A stretch of 64,000 bases of DNA from Adineta vaga (taxonomy: Eukaryota; Animalia; Rotifera), in assembly GCA_021613535.1 (NCBI GenBank), contig CP075494.1, positions 12,772,001-12,836,000 on the forward strand. Direction: 5' to 3'. Shown here in pieces: positions 40,901-54,384 of this stretch; the first letter of the stretch is position 1, and each line of letters starts with the position of its first letter. The notes under the pieces are model-generated. The model did not search any database and was not told the DNA's origin. It saw only the letters and a list, made by a program, of their open reading frames with translations. The translations under genes and the position numbers were made by a program.

Positions 40901-41822
40901 AACCAATGCATCAATTAAACTAACAGCAGATGTTGCAACACCCTTTAAAAAGAAAAGTAAACATCTATATCGATGATTCATTCTATGTATATTTACCAAG
41001 TGTTGATCATTGAGAAGATGAATAATTCTTGCCGTCCATTCAGTATTCAATTGTAAAGAATCGGGACTTGTTCGATGAAGTCTCAATAAACATAATGCAG
41101 CTGATTGTTTCACAGGATCGATTGTATCTCTAAAGGTCAAACTTTTTATTACTACATATTATTCATCATTTCAAACAAACCCTGAGATCAACAAGCGAGG
41201 TATATCATTGGTAAAAGCAGTTGCCATTTCTCTTTCTCCAATATTTGCAACACATTGTAATGCTAAATTGATAAATATCGGATTTCGACTTTGTATATCA
41301 TTACGAATATTTTGTATAATTAATTGTTTCATTTCTGAACTGGAATTCATAATGACAGAAATAAATAGGTAACCCTAAAAACATTGAAAAGGAAAACAAA
41401 AATTGATTATCTTTAAAAATCACATTTTTATACATACAATTTGTTTTTCTGTATATTTATTGGAACTTAATAAGTTCACTGCTTCCATATAACCGAAATC
41501 AATATCATGACCAAGTAAGAATATGAATAATAATTTGCATACATATTTCTTCTTTTGATACCCATCGAGAGTTTTATCCGCTAAAGATAGAATAGTGTTT
41601 TATTATTATTCATGATTTATAAATCAAACCTCGAAATCTTTGTCGAATATTTGTTAATTCTTTATTGATACGTCGTAATTCGGCTTCACGACTTTTACCT
41701 ATAGAAGTACATGATTAGAATGATAGACAGTGATAATTTCAAATTTAAATGAACTTACAATTTCGAATGTCTGATATAAAGACAGCTAAACCACGCATAG
41801 CATCTCCGCGCATGTTTGGCAT
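37975..41822 (-). CDS. AP2A: AP-2 complex subunit alpha (alpha-adaptin), multi-exon
   Basis: [18 protein letters not shown] start; [19 protein letters not shown]; [10 protein letters not shown]; ear domain ending LLEDQF*. Confidence 0.96.
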
Positions 41823-42071
41823 TTAATCGAGTATAAAATAAACAATAACTAAACTAAATACTCTAACTCGACCGATTAATATTTGTTTTCATATGATTGG
41901 TTAAGACAACTAGCGACCTCCATTCTTTCCAAATGGTTCATTCAATTTTACCAATCTTTCTTTTTCTTTCCATTTCATCCATCACTTTGTTAGAGAATCA
42001 TTCATCGATTCACATTTTGTTATTGCCTCAATTTTATTCAACAAACATAAAATTACCGAAGAAAAAACAAC

Positions 42072-42479
42072 ATGTCTGCTAGTCTTATTGCAAAACCTAA
42101 ACAAGAAATGACGCCAGAAGAATTGAAACAACGAGAAGAAGAAGAATTTCGTACTGGCCCATTATCTTTATTAACAGATGCAGTTAAAAACAATACTCAA
42201 GTGTTAATTGCTTGTCGAAATAATCGAAAATTATTAGCACGTGTTAAAGCATTCGATCGACATTGCAATATGGTTTTAGAAGATGTTACAGAAATCTGGC
42301 AAGAAACACCCAAATCAAGCAAAGCCAAAGCTGCAGCAGCCGCTGCTGGTGATGCCAAAGGAAGTGTATTGAAACCGGTTAATAAAGATCGTTATATATC
42401 AAAGATGTTCTTACGTGGTGACAGTGTAATATTGGTTCTCAAAACTCCAAAGGCAAGAACGGCTGATTCCAACAAATAG
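42072..42479 (+). CDS. SNRPD2: Small nuclear ribonucleoprotein Sm D2
   Basis: [13 protein letters not shown]...[31 protein letters not shown]...[19 protein letters not shown]. Confidence 0.97.
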   Translation: MSASLIAKPKQEMTPEELKQREEEEFRTGPLSLLTDAVKNNTQVLIACRNNRKLLARVKAFDRHCNMVLEDVTEIWQETPKSSKAKAAAAAAGDAKGSVLKPVNKDRYISKMFLRGDSVILVLKTPKARTADSNK

Positions 42480-43124
42480 ATCAATAGAATTGTTGAATTA
42501 CTAAAACGAACAAAATAAAAACGTGTTGTTTGTTATTTCATTGACTGTCATTTGTTCGTTTTTTTTTCTGTTGTCTTATATTCAAAAACATATTAAAGAA
42601 AAAGAAAGCCGAATGTTTTAATTTAGATTACATTTTTCTACTCAACACGAGGATTCAAAAGATACAGTTAACGTTCTCAGTTGATTATCAAAATTTAGTT
42701 ATCGAAAGATCATTAGATTTGATCTACTCTTCACAAGCATTCATTAGAATAATAAGCTTCATTCATATTCAAAAGGATGGCAACGATAGATTCAATTCTT
42801 GTCTTGATTTTCTTCGTAGAACATCAATCAAACCCATAGGAGAGATAACTTTGTCATGAACTGATCAATCAAGAATGAAAATAAACTATTTCGTGAATTA
42901 TATCTAGAAGTTCCTATCGATAGATATTATATTTTTATGAAACAATGATTATCTAATTGGATATGTTTTTAATTTGTAGACAAGTAACCATTATAAATTG
43001 ATATTTCGTTATTGTTTCTATTTTTCATACGCTTTTTTAAAGCTATAGATTCATAGCAACAATCTTTTTAATTCTATTGCTTATTGATAAAATAATTCGA
43101 TAATTTACGTTCATTTTTCTTAAT

Positions 43125-44892
43125 ATGCCAATATGGATGGATTTCTTGTTCATTATTTTACTGATCACACTTACAATAATACATGAGAACATTTCTACTG
43201 CATTAAATTCATCAGTTAGTATCAAATCTAACGAAACAGATTCTTCGAATATATGCAACGAAGTAATTGTATATATAGAAACTACTCGATTAGCTGAAAG
43301 CACATGTATGAAATGTAGTACCACAAACATTACTATGATAGAATTAAGTTGCTCAACAAGGTGTAGATGTTTATTTTTAGTATTTGATGATAATTCAATG
43401 TTTGAAAATTATTTCATGAAATATATAAGATCAATTGAAAATATACTTGTTAGCTCAACAAACAACAGACCTTATGCTATTCTTCGAATAACTGTGATGA
43501 GAAATAATAACATACGTATTACAAATGAATATATACATTCTGTATTACATTTTCAAAATTCTCCACTTGTATTTCTAACGTTCGAACGATCATATAGTTC
43601 ACCATCAATTACTATCGATGAAAATTTTTCACAGTTCACATTTTATCAACTTTATTTAACGATTCGATGCGACCATAATAATACATATATTACGTATTTG
43701 ATTTACCATGGTATGGCATACTCTCGGCCACGAAAATTAAGCTCATGCTTAGATAATCAGTCAACGAAACAGGTAGAGATTTATATCACTGTCATCTTTC
43801 TAATTGATTAAATAGTATTATTATCATGCACAAAATAGAACAAAGAGTATATCTTCGTATTTAAAAGAATGAATGTATTTTCTCAGTGAAAGATTCTATG
43901 ATAATAATCATTATTACTACCCTAATCCATAATGCATTAACTCTGCATTTATGTTACTATTTTTCTAGATAGAAACTACTGTTACTAGTCCTACATTTGC
44001 TATATCTTCATCACTCCAAACAACAACAACAACAACAACAACAAAGCCAAATACAACTTCGAGGGTTTTGCAGAGAACAACTAGGAGAACATCAACAACA
44101 AAAACGAAGAAGAAATCTGAGAAAATATCCACAAAATTAATATCACCTACTACCAATGACAGAGCAACATCTACGACAGTATCTTATACAGAAATCAGTA
44201 CAACAAGCTCAAGGATCGAAACATCGACGGCCAAGACTAAAACTATAGTGACAACAACATCAGTATCCACTACAAATGAACCAATACCTTCTACGAGTTT
44301 ATCATTCACGGAAACTAGTACAACAACTTCACCGATTGAGACAACTTCTACGACATTCGAAGTATCATATTCGTCAATATCAACAGTAATCAATCAAACT
44401 TCACAAAGCATAATGCCTACATCGCTGACAAAAATTCCACAAGAGATATCCTTCTCAACAAGTATGACTACACCATCATCCATTGTAACAACAAAAATGA
44501 CAACCCATCCAACAAATACATTTTTTACAATTGCCGATAAAATGTTTTTTCCATCTTCATCCATAAAAACAACTAAAACAACTAACAATAATCTTATATA
44601 TATTATCTTGTCAATACTATTCCTAATTTTATTTGCTGTAGTTATTGCTTTAACTGCTATTCTATACAACTATGTTTCCAGAAAACCTTCTTTGGTTTCA
44701 TCAAATTCGAAAATCATATTAAAACGAAACAGTTTAACAGCACAGAGTAATGATATAAATAGTTTCAATGAAACTACAAATATCTCAAATACATTGTCCC
44801 CATTATCTACACAACAACAACAACAACAACATAGTGATACTAATTCAACAAGAAAGTATCACGACCCCATGTTTACCGATCAAACTTTTTAA
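43125..44892 (+). CDS. Mucin-like type I membrane protein, 2 exons
   Basis: Signal peptide, Cys-containing N domain, phase-0 intron 43773-43968, long Thr/Ser-rich stalk, TM helix LIYIILSILFLILFAVVIALTAILY, cytoplasmic tail. Confidence 0.8.
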
Positions 44893-45176
44893 TGAATTAT
44901 TTTTCACTCTGTTTTTGTCGGTTATTATCGAAGTAGAATAGTATTATTGAAAAGATATTTTTCATCATTAAATGCTTAATATGTCTTTTATTTATTCCTT
45001 TGCTTCTTTGTGAAACACATACACAAACGGGAAAAAAAGGAGCGAACATATACCACAGGTATTTAGACATCTGTAAAATATATTACAATTGATACACACG
45101 AAAAAAAACAATAATAATAATAATATTAATAATTAATAAACAATGGAGATCACTGTCTGAGATTAGATGTATCATC

Positions 45177-48100
45177 TTACGAGTCATGAACTGAATTGCT
45201 TCGACTACCCGTTCTAAGAATAAATGGCATGGGTTGTTGTGGAATTGTAGATCTTGATGTTCGTAGACTATCTTCATTTGAAGAAGAATGTTTTCGTTGT
45301 GGTGTCATCTCACTAATATTTGTTATAGATGTTGCCATTGATTTTCGTAGTTCTCTTGTTTTATGTTTATAGAAATACAAATCTTTTTCCAATTCTTTAA
45401 TTTGATTAGATGATTGTTGTAATTGTCCAAGTAATAATTGTTTTTCTTCTTCATGCATTTGTTGAATTGATGTCAAACGACGATCATGATCGAGTGTTAA
45501 TGATTGAACACGTGATTGTAATTCAGTTACTATTTCATTTTGTTCAGCAAGTTGAGACTAAAATACAGATATGAATGAAATGTAATAATAATGATTTAAA
45601 TTTACTTTAATTTCATCATAATCACGTCGAACTTTATTGTCATCTTCCTTGAGATTAATAACTTTATCAAATAGGTTTCGACAGAGTTCTTTTGCTTCAT
45701 TTTCATTTAATTGACCGATTTTAAAGAGAGGAGATTCAGAACCCTGAATGAACAAACGTAAGAGTCAAATTAATATGTTATCAAGAATGGTTCATATTTT
45801 ACCTGACTAGCTCGAACAGATTGTTCGACTTCACGTTCTCGTTTTGAAATGATATTATTTTGAAAATCAATAGCTAAATCAACTGCTTCAATAGCTTCAC
45901 CAATTTCAATTAAACGTCTTTCTTCTGTTGGTGATAACACACCATTTTGTTCTTCTAATCGTTCTGTAAATAAACGTTTTTGTTCCATTAATTGTTCACG
46001 TATTATTCGACGATCTGTTTGTTGTTTATCGATATTTTTCGAATTCTATACGAAAAAACAACAACTAATATTCTCATTTCAAACAAAGAAAGAAGAAATC
46101 AAACTTTATGAACAACTTGACTGGAACGAATTTTTCTTGTTTCTAATTCAGTTTTTTCTTGAAGTAATATTTCTTTCTTATGTATTAAATCTTCTCGTTT
46201 TTGTATATCATCTCTCAGTGTTTCTAATTCTTTTCTTTCTGCAATTAATTTTTCCATATCAATATCAAATGTTGTTGTTCGATCTGATATATTTCCGTTG
46301 GATACACCACGTAATTTACGCTGTGCAGCAGCAAGACCTTCGGTTTTAAGTTTTAAGATTTTTTGTTGTTGTTCATTTTGAATTTGTAATTCTTGAATAC
46401 GTTGTTGTTCGCGAATCAGTTCTTGTTCAAATTTATTTTTCAATTCACTCTCTTCACGAATACGTTTTTGTGATGTTTCATATTGTTGTTTCATACGAAA
46501 GAGTGCCGCTTGAAGATCAACAATTCTAAAGAAATCAAAAAAAAATATGTGAATGAATAATACGGTTAAATTCAAATACCTCTTTTCAGTATTGCCTGTT
46601 AATTTAATCATCAATTCTCGGTATTGTTTCTCTTTTTGTTGAAGTGAATCAAGACGTGCTTTGACCATATCAGATTTCTTTCGACATTCGCTAAAAAGTA
46701 GGAAACAAAAATAGATCATCGATTTATATAATACGAGATATCTTACCTTTCTAGTTTGGATTTATCATTGATATTTTTTGTTGCAATTTGTTGCATTGTT
46801 TTTTGTAAATCATGATATTCAAGTTTAGCTTTTTCCATTTCCTAAATAAATATTCAAAAATAGAAGAAATCTCTCATTATCTGAAGTATTTACTCGTTCA
46901 AGCATTTTAATATGTTGTTGATATTGTTCATTTGTATCCGTAACACCTTTTGTTGATGTATAAACACTTTGGATTAATTGTTCTTTCATTCTATTAAATA
47001 GTTCAATATAAAAAAGACGAAAGATAAATAGGAAATACTCACTGAATGTTAATATTAAGTAAATGAGCATTATTTTCTGCTTCTTTGACTTTTCGTGTCG
47101 ATTCATCGATTAATCTTTGTTTATTCATTGTTGATTGAGTTAATAATTGAATTGTTTCATCATCCGGTATGATACTTGGAGTCGTTCGTTTTCGACGAAC
47201 ACGATATGTATCATGACGAATCAATTTACTAAAAGAAAAAACCAGAAAACAATTAAAACTGTCGATTAAATTTAATCGTACTGACTTTTGTTCGGTTAAT
47301 GTTTCATCATTATCTTTCAACTGAAGTTCTTCAATTTCTTCTCGAGAATGTGCCAATGCTAATGATCGTCCATGAAATCGATCGATGACATAATCCATAT
47401 CAAATGCAGCTGGACTTGAATGAATATTTCGTGGTTGAATTGATTGATCCTACGGAAAAAGAATTGATATCATGTTTAATAGAGAAGAAGAAAGATTCAT
47501 TTGTTTTTAAATTTACTTTTCTTTGAAAACTAGTGGAATATGGTGCTGATTTAATTCGATCGTAGAAAGATTTTTTTGCTGTAGAATGATTTAATTGATA
47601 AATATTTGTTGATTGATTATGATCCTATTATATAGAAAATGAAAGCTTATAGAAATTTATTAGAAAAGAAAATATTTGACGAAAACCTGTTGTTTCGTTT
47701 GTAATTGTGAAACCATTTCTTCCTGTTGTTTTCGATGATAATTTGATTCATCTAACGCAATACGTATTCGATTTAATTCATCTTCCTAGATATAATCAAT
47801 CGTTAAGAAGTTTTATTTCACAAGCGAAAAAAATGTTACTTTAGTTTTTAATTCTTCTTGTAATTTTCCGAGAATCATATCACGTCGAAGACGCGTTTCA
47901 GATTCTGATCTTAACTCATCTTGAGCCTAAATATTCAAATTATTATCCATAACCATTTAATCATAAATTTCCACTTACTGTATGTAAAGCCGTTTCTAAA
48001 TTTGATATTCGACATGTAAATAAATCATTATACCAATCTGCTGAATTCTCCTTTTAAAAACACAAGAAAATGGTATAGATCCATTATGACTTGTATGTTG

Positions 48101-50027
48101 TATTTCTTACATTACTAACGGCATCAATCCATGTTTGTATCCATTGCTTCTGTTCTTCATTTAATTCTTGACATTCATTTAATTGTTGAAAACATGTATA
48201 AGCCGTTTGAATCAAACGACGTGCATGATCATTATTTGTAGATGTCGTAGTCTTTGAACGATGTGTACTGGAAGTCTGTTCATTACGAGAGAGCATCGAT
48301 CGTTGTCGTTGTAATTCTTCACGTAAATGCTATAGTTATAAAATGAATATAATTTTTCGAATAGTAAGTTTGAAAATGACTTACTGTAATTTCACTCTGC
48401 ATTTCAATAAAACGTTGCGCATTTGGATCAACATTTTTAATAGGTTTATTGCGAATTTGACTTGCCTATATCATTAAAAAAACACAATTTTTATCAAAAT
48501 AACGATTCGCTGTCGTGCATACTCTGTGAGCATATTGAAGAGCATTGAGAGATTCATCAAGATCAGTGATACATGGACTAACACCTACCGGAGAGAAAAA
48601 AAAAGGAAACGAATCGTTGAAAATTGTATGAGATTTGAATGAAATTTTACATGTGATCATCAATGTCTTTGCATTTCCACCAAGTGAATCTTTGAGTAAA
48701 CGAGTAATTTTTGAATCGCGATAAGGAATATGACCACCAGCACGTTTTTTTGGATCGGACAAGGCACTAACCACATTTCCCAAAGCCAATAAACCTGAAT
48801 TAATACGAATCGATTCTTGAAATCGTTCACCAGTATTATGTGTTCGTGCAACACGTTCCGAACCAGCCAAATCCACAAAATGTAATTTAGCAGAAAGATA
48901 ACTTTCTACAGAGAGTAACCCATATTTTCAATCGATGAAATTATTTTTAAACTTACCATCAAATGCTGCTTTCATTGGTTTGACAATTCCATCATAGGAT
49001 GCCTGTACCATAAATGAATTTGAATTTTTATCACTAAGACGTTGTTCTATATATAAAGAAGTAATCTATTGTATTTATCATTCAAAAAAATGAAAACAAA
49101 CATACCAATATGTAAAGTAAATATTGCATGTGAACGTGATGATTCATCATTCATTTGTGTGGCACCTGTGTGTCGAACGGTTGAACCTTTTTTCAATAAA
49201 CTAACAACATCATCAATTGAATGACATGTATGTTCACTAGCACCAACAACAACTACGAATATACATGAAAAAAATGATGAATAGAAAAAAGAAAGAATTT
49301 GTTTCTTTTACTAGTATTTCCAACTGCATCATCTCGAACATCTAGTGCTTTGTCATTAATATCCAGCAGATCGATTATATCATCTTTATAAATTTCTAAA
49401 TATGATGCTGAAATTTTCACACGACAATCTGATCGATTCTAAATACACACGATATTAGTCGTTTCATTGAAGAAAATAGTCACTATAAACCTGTAATGTA
49501 TCGAAAATTGTTTGAACAGCACGTGGTATAATACCATAATCTTTCTCTCCAATCGATAAAATATTTCCACCTGTCATTGTATATGTTTTTCCTGCACCCT
49601 GAAAGAAGTACCGAAAATATGAACAATCATATAAAGATATGAAATATTTGCATACCGTTTGACCATAAGCAAAGATGGTTACATTGTATCCATCGAAAAC
49701 ATTATTTAACATGGGTGCAATACATGTTTGATATAATTCTTCCTATGAAGATCAACAAAAATCAATTGATTGATGTTAGGAGTGCAATTTACTTGTTGAA
49801 TTTTCGGTCCAAAAACAAAATCATATTTGAACGTTTTTCGATCACCTAAAATAATTTGATTTGTTTGTGGATGAATTGCTACACAACTTTTCTGTTCATG
49901 TGCTTTTTCTCGTTGTACAAATGGTCGAACCTAGTTTCATATGAGAGTAAGATCTTTTCAATATTTTAATCCATTTACATACGCGAATAGCAACTTTAAC
50001 ACGAAAGTCTGATTCATTATTCACCAT
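45177..50027 (-). CDS. Kinesin-4 family KIF27/KIF7-like protein, multi-exon
   Basis: VKVAIR start, [67 protein letters not shown]; coiled coils with [26 protein letters not shown] further terminal exon near 44992-45070 is possible. Confidence 0.92.
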
Positions 50028-50110
50028 TATCTAGAAAGCATTCAAAACATGAAAAACAAAATCAAAAGTGTTGAAAATTTCAGAGAAAAGAAAGTTTATT
50101 TTATTTTTAT

Positions 50111-50462
50111 TTATTGTCCACCCTCATATTTTTGTAATTTCTCTTTCAATGTCTCATTTTCTCGTGTTAATTCTTCGTTTTTTTCCCGTAAACTCATCAG
50201 TTCATTTTTCATTGTTTCCAATTCAGCTGTATCAGGTCCAGTAGCACCCATGTAACGACGAACGAATTCAGCAGCATTATTCGGCTTTTCTGCTTCTTCA
50301 TAAAGTGCTACGAGAGCTCCTAGAACGCAAGAAATCATTCCATAGAAACAAATATTATAGATAGATGAACAAACTTGTAACCGAATCAACAACACCGCCT
50401 TTTTCAAGATATCGGCGGAATTCTTCGCGTTTTGATTCATTAGGTCGATAAGTTGATGTCAT
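50111..50462 (-). CDS. MYCBP: c-Myc-binding protein (AMY-1) homolog, 2 exons
   Basis: Spliced product MTSTYRPNESKREEFRRYLEKGGVVDSVTRALVALYEEAEKPNNAAEFVR followed by a coiled coil. Confidence 0.93.
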
Positions 50463-50518
50463 TGTTAGAAATGTTATGAGCAAAAGTTTCTGTCAATTGA
50501 TAGACATTAAGTTTGTTC

Positions 50519-50531
50519 GTTGCTAAGTAAT
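50519..50531. promoter_or_regulatory. X-box-like (RFX) motif upstream of MYCBP
   Basis: GTTGCTAAGTAAT, ~57 nt upstream of the MYCBP ATG. Confidence 0.45.
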
Positions 50532-50829
50532 GACTCTACCAATGATTCATCATCACAGTAATGCATTTCGATTTAACTATCTTGAAAATATATGGTCAAA
50601 TATGAAGCAAAAAAACTTGTTTATACTTTTTAAAAAGATTAATTCCTATAAATTTATTTTTAAAGAAAAGGTTCGAGTTTTTCACAAATGAAATCATTCC
50701 ATAGTTTACCCAAACCATCAGGATATGAATCTATAGTCGATATTCATTTTTACACGAAAGACTTGATTAACTAAGGTTTTTACTTATTCTTCTTATATTT
50801 ATTCTAGATCGTTGATCAATAGCATCATC

Positions 50830-51599
50830 ATGCGACCAATTAAAGCACGTGAACAACTTGCCATACCTGACGATGGTACAGTTTAACTCAGATGTTTTTA
50901 TTCTTATTCAATGTCTTTGCATTTGTTTGTTTTTTCCTACAATAGTTAAAGTCAGTGTAAAAAGTCGTGTTGTTCAAGTAACAGGCAAACGAGGCAAACT
51001 CGTACGCAGTTTTCGTCATGCTCGTGTTGACATTTCCATGCCAAAGAAAAATTTAGTCGTCGTTGAAAAATGGTTTGGAACAAATAAAGAAAATGCCGTC
51101 GTTCGTACAATTTGTTCACATATCAACAATATGATCAAAGGTGTGACAAAGGCAAGTAGAAGATCGTTCTAATTTAGAATCTTAATCGAATGTTTGTCTG
51201 TTGTTTGTTTTTCTAGGGTTATTGTTATAAAATGCGTTCAGTTTACGCTCACTTTCCCATCAACACCGTTGTTACTGAAAATGGTCAAGCAATTGAAATT
51301 CGTAATTTCTTAGGTGAAAAATTCGTTCGCCGTGTTAAAATGCAACCAGGTGTTAAAATAACTGCAAGTACAAAACAAAAAGATGAACTCATTTTAGAAG
51401 GCAATGATATTGAACTTGTTTCACGATCAGGTATTTTATTCTTCTTCTTATTATTATTATACAATTTGAACATTACTGTCTTTTTTTCTCTATTCTAGCT
51501 GCACTTATTCAAATGTCAACATCAGTCAAGAATAAAGATATCCGTAAATTTCTTGATGGTATTTACGTCAGTGAAAAGATTTCTGCCGATGAAGCATAA
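50830..51599 (+). CDS. RPL9: 60S ribosomal protein L9 (uL6), 4 coding exons
   Basis: [17 protein letters not shown]|[43 protein letters not shown]. Confidence 0.97.
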
Positions 51600-51794
51600 A
51601 CAAAAGGTGTGCTTATTGACGAGTTCACATTGTTTTTTGCATGTTTAACAATAAAATAAAAGAAACGAAAGAAAAGAAGAAGAATAGAAAACGAAAAATC
51701 TCTTGTCGATTTATTTTCTTCTCTCTACATCTCTTATTTTCTTCTTCAGACAAAAAGATGATTTAGAACAAAAGGAGAAGAAATTAAACTAATC

Positions 51795-53773
51795 ATGCTA
51801 AAGACTTCTCCTGATTTAATTAAAGATCCAAATATCCATCAGAAATTAAATGAAAAACAACTTTCTTATGATGAATTATTTCATCATGTTGATAAAAATA
51901 ATGATGGAAAGATTGACGTTGATGAATTAATCGAATTATTAGAGAAAACTGGTGGAGAAACAATGTCAAAGAAACGTTTTGCTATTGCACGTGTAAGTTT
52001 ATCCTTAAATTCAAATTTTAGAATATGATTTGATTTACTCGTTAATTTCTAGCATATTCTTAAACATGGTACAGGATCATCAGATGCATCGTCTCTTACA
52101 TTTCAACAATTTGCTGATTATGTTTTAAAACAAGAAAAGAAATTGAGTTTAGTTTTTCGAAAAGTCGATGCTAGTCATCAAGGTAAAATTGATAAACTTT
52201 GATTGTCTAATTTGAATATTTCTTTTTTTTTAGGTAAATTCGATGCTGAAGATTTAGTTTTTTATTTTAATAAACTTGGAATTAAACTTGATTTACAAGA
52301 AGCTAAGAAATTAGTAGAAAAGTAAGTTGAATTGAATATTACTCGTATTTTTTTGAGAATTAACATTGCTCTTTCTAGAATGGATCAAGATAATTCTCTA
52401 CAGATTTCTTTCGATGAATGGCGTTCGTTTTTCATGACTAATCCAGTAATTCTTGAAACAATTACTAATGATCCACATGAAATGCTTCAATACTGGCGAG
52501 GTGCATCGGTACATAATTTAATTATTTTTTAAAATACAATGAGATATGTCTCGCGATTCAATTAGTATTTAGACTTGGGTGATTCACCGTATCGTACACC
52601 TGATGATGCTTTAATTGAAGGTGGATTATGGTGGAAAAATTTAATTGCCGGTGGTTGTGCTGGTGCTGTATCACGAACGGCAACTGCACCTTTTGATCGA
52701 CTTAAAATTGTCATGCAGGTAAACAATTCATCGGAAATATATATCATTGATATTTTCTTGCTATTTGCAAAGATTAGAAAAAAAGGATTAATATTGTTAG
52801 ATTTCTTAGTATTTGGGCTCAAGACATCAAATGTCTGTGATAAGTGGTTATCGATATTTAGTCAAAGAAGGTGGTGTAAAAAGTTTATGGCGAGGAAATG
52901 GTATAAATGTAGTAAAAATTATACCTGAAACTGCACTTCGATTTACAGTCTATGAAGAAGTAAGTTTTCTCATTGTAAAAGAAAAGATTTCGTTTATTTT
53001 GAATGAAATCTATTTTAGTCAAAAAAACTCTTAAAAAGTATTCAAAATAAAGATTTAAGTACAGAAACAACAATTGCTGAACGTTTTATTGGTGGCGCAA
53101 TTGCTGGTTTCATTTCTCAAACTGCTGTTTATCCATTAGATGTAAGTTTTTCTTATGAATAATTAATTTTATCTATAAATATTATGTTTTAATGAAAATT
53201 AGGTATTAAAAGTTCGTTTTTGTCTAAGACGAACAGGTGAATATTCTCATTGGGTAGATGCTGTCAAACGTATGTACAAATTCGAAGGTCCAACATCCTT
53301 TTGGCGTGGATATGTTCTGAATCAGATTGGAATAGTTCCATATGCTGGATTTGATTTAGCATGTTATGAAGTAAATCGAGCAACATATATTCCGAAAATT
53401 TCTTAAACCGAACATTTTCTCTTTAATTATTTAGAGCTTAAAACGACTTTATATTGATAGACACAACAATAAAGAACCACCGATTTATATAGTTCTTAGT
53501 TGTGGTGCAATTTCATCATTTACTGCTCAACTTGTTACTTATCCAATTGCATTAATACGAACACGTCGACAAGGTCAGATTGTTCCTTTACCAAATATGG
53601 ATCAAAGTAAAGCTCATCCAATAGTACCAGCAACAAAAATGTTGAAAGATATTTGGCATAATGAAGGAATTGTTGGTCTCTATCGTGGTCTCGTTCCAAA
53701 TATGTTAAAAGTTATACCCGCCGTTTCTATTTCTTATTTAGTTTATGAAACTGTACTAAAAGCAATCTCATGA
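51795..53773 (+). CDS. Calcium-binding mitochondrial carrier (SCaMC, SLC25A23/24/25 family), multi-exon
   Basis: EF hands ([12 protein letters not shown]; [12 protein letters not shown]), [62 protein letters not shown]. Confidence 0.94.
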
Positions 53774-54384
53774 GAGAGAAACCTATTACGAAATGATGTT
53801 ATTGTCTCGCATTTCTTCGCTTTTTTTCTATCGCTCGAATAGTTCAATTCTCAATCTATAAACAATGTATGTTTTCTTTTTTTTTTAAACGATTATTTAT
53901 TTTAAACAAAAAATATAATACTCAAGCTCGAACACTATATCATATTAATTTGACAATATTGAATGATAATTGCACGAAAAAAGGACTGAAGTCGATTAAT
54001 CTATATGTTGATTTAGATTTAGTACAAACGAGGAAAACAGGATCTCTAACGTAGAATTTAAAAACTATTAGGATAGTATGTGTATTGTAATAAGAGGACA
54101 TCTATGTAGCATAATCCTGTGTTTCATTTCTGGGACTGGAAGCACTAGCTGATGATTCATAAATAATACATCACTTACATTCAGTAGGTTTCTTTTCTAT
54201 TATCTTAGTTTATTGAGACAAAGATTTCGAATGTTTTCCATACGATGTTCAATCATCATGCAATAGGTTAAAGTTGATTATTAGATAATATCATACTCTA
54301 GTGATATTGACCATCTCTAGATGTCTTACAATTCTTTAGTATATTTTCCAACTCTAGATTATTTTCTCTCAATTGTGAAATAGT

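Noticed and set aside
43965-44669. Val-rich minus-strand ORFs
   Set aside because: Antisense shadow of the Thr-rich mucin exon.
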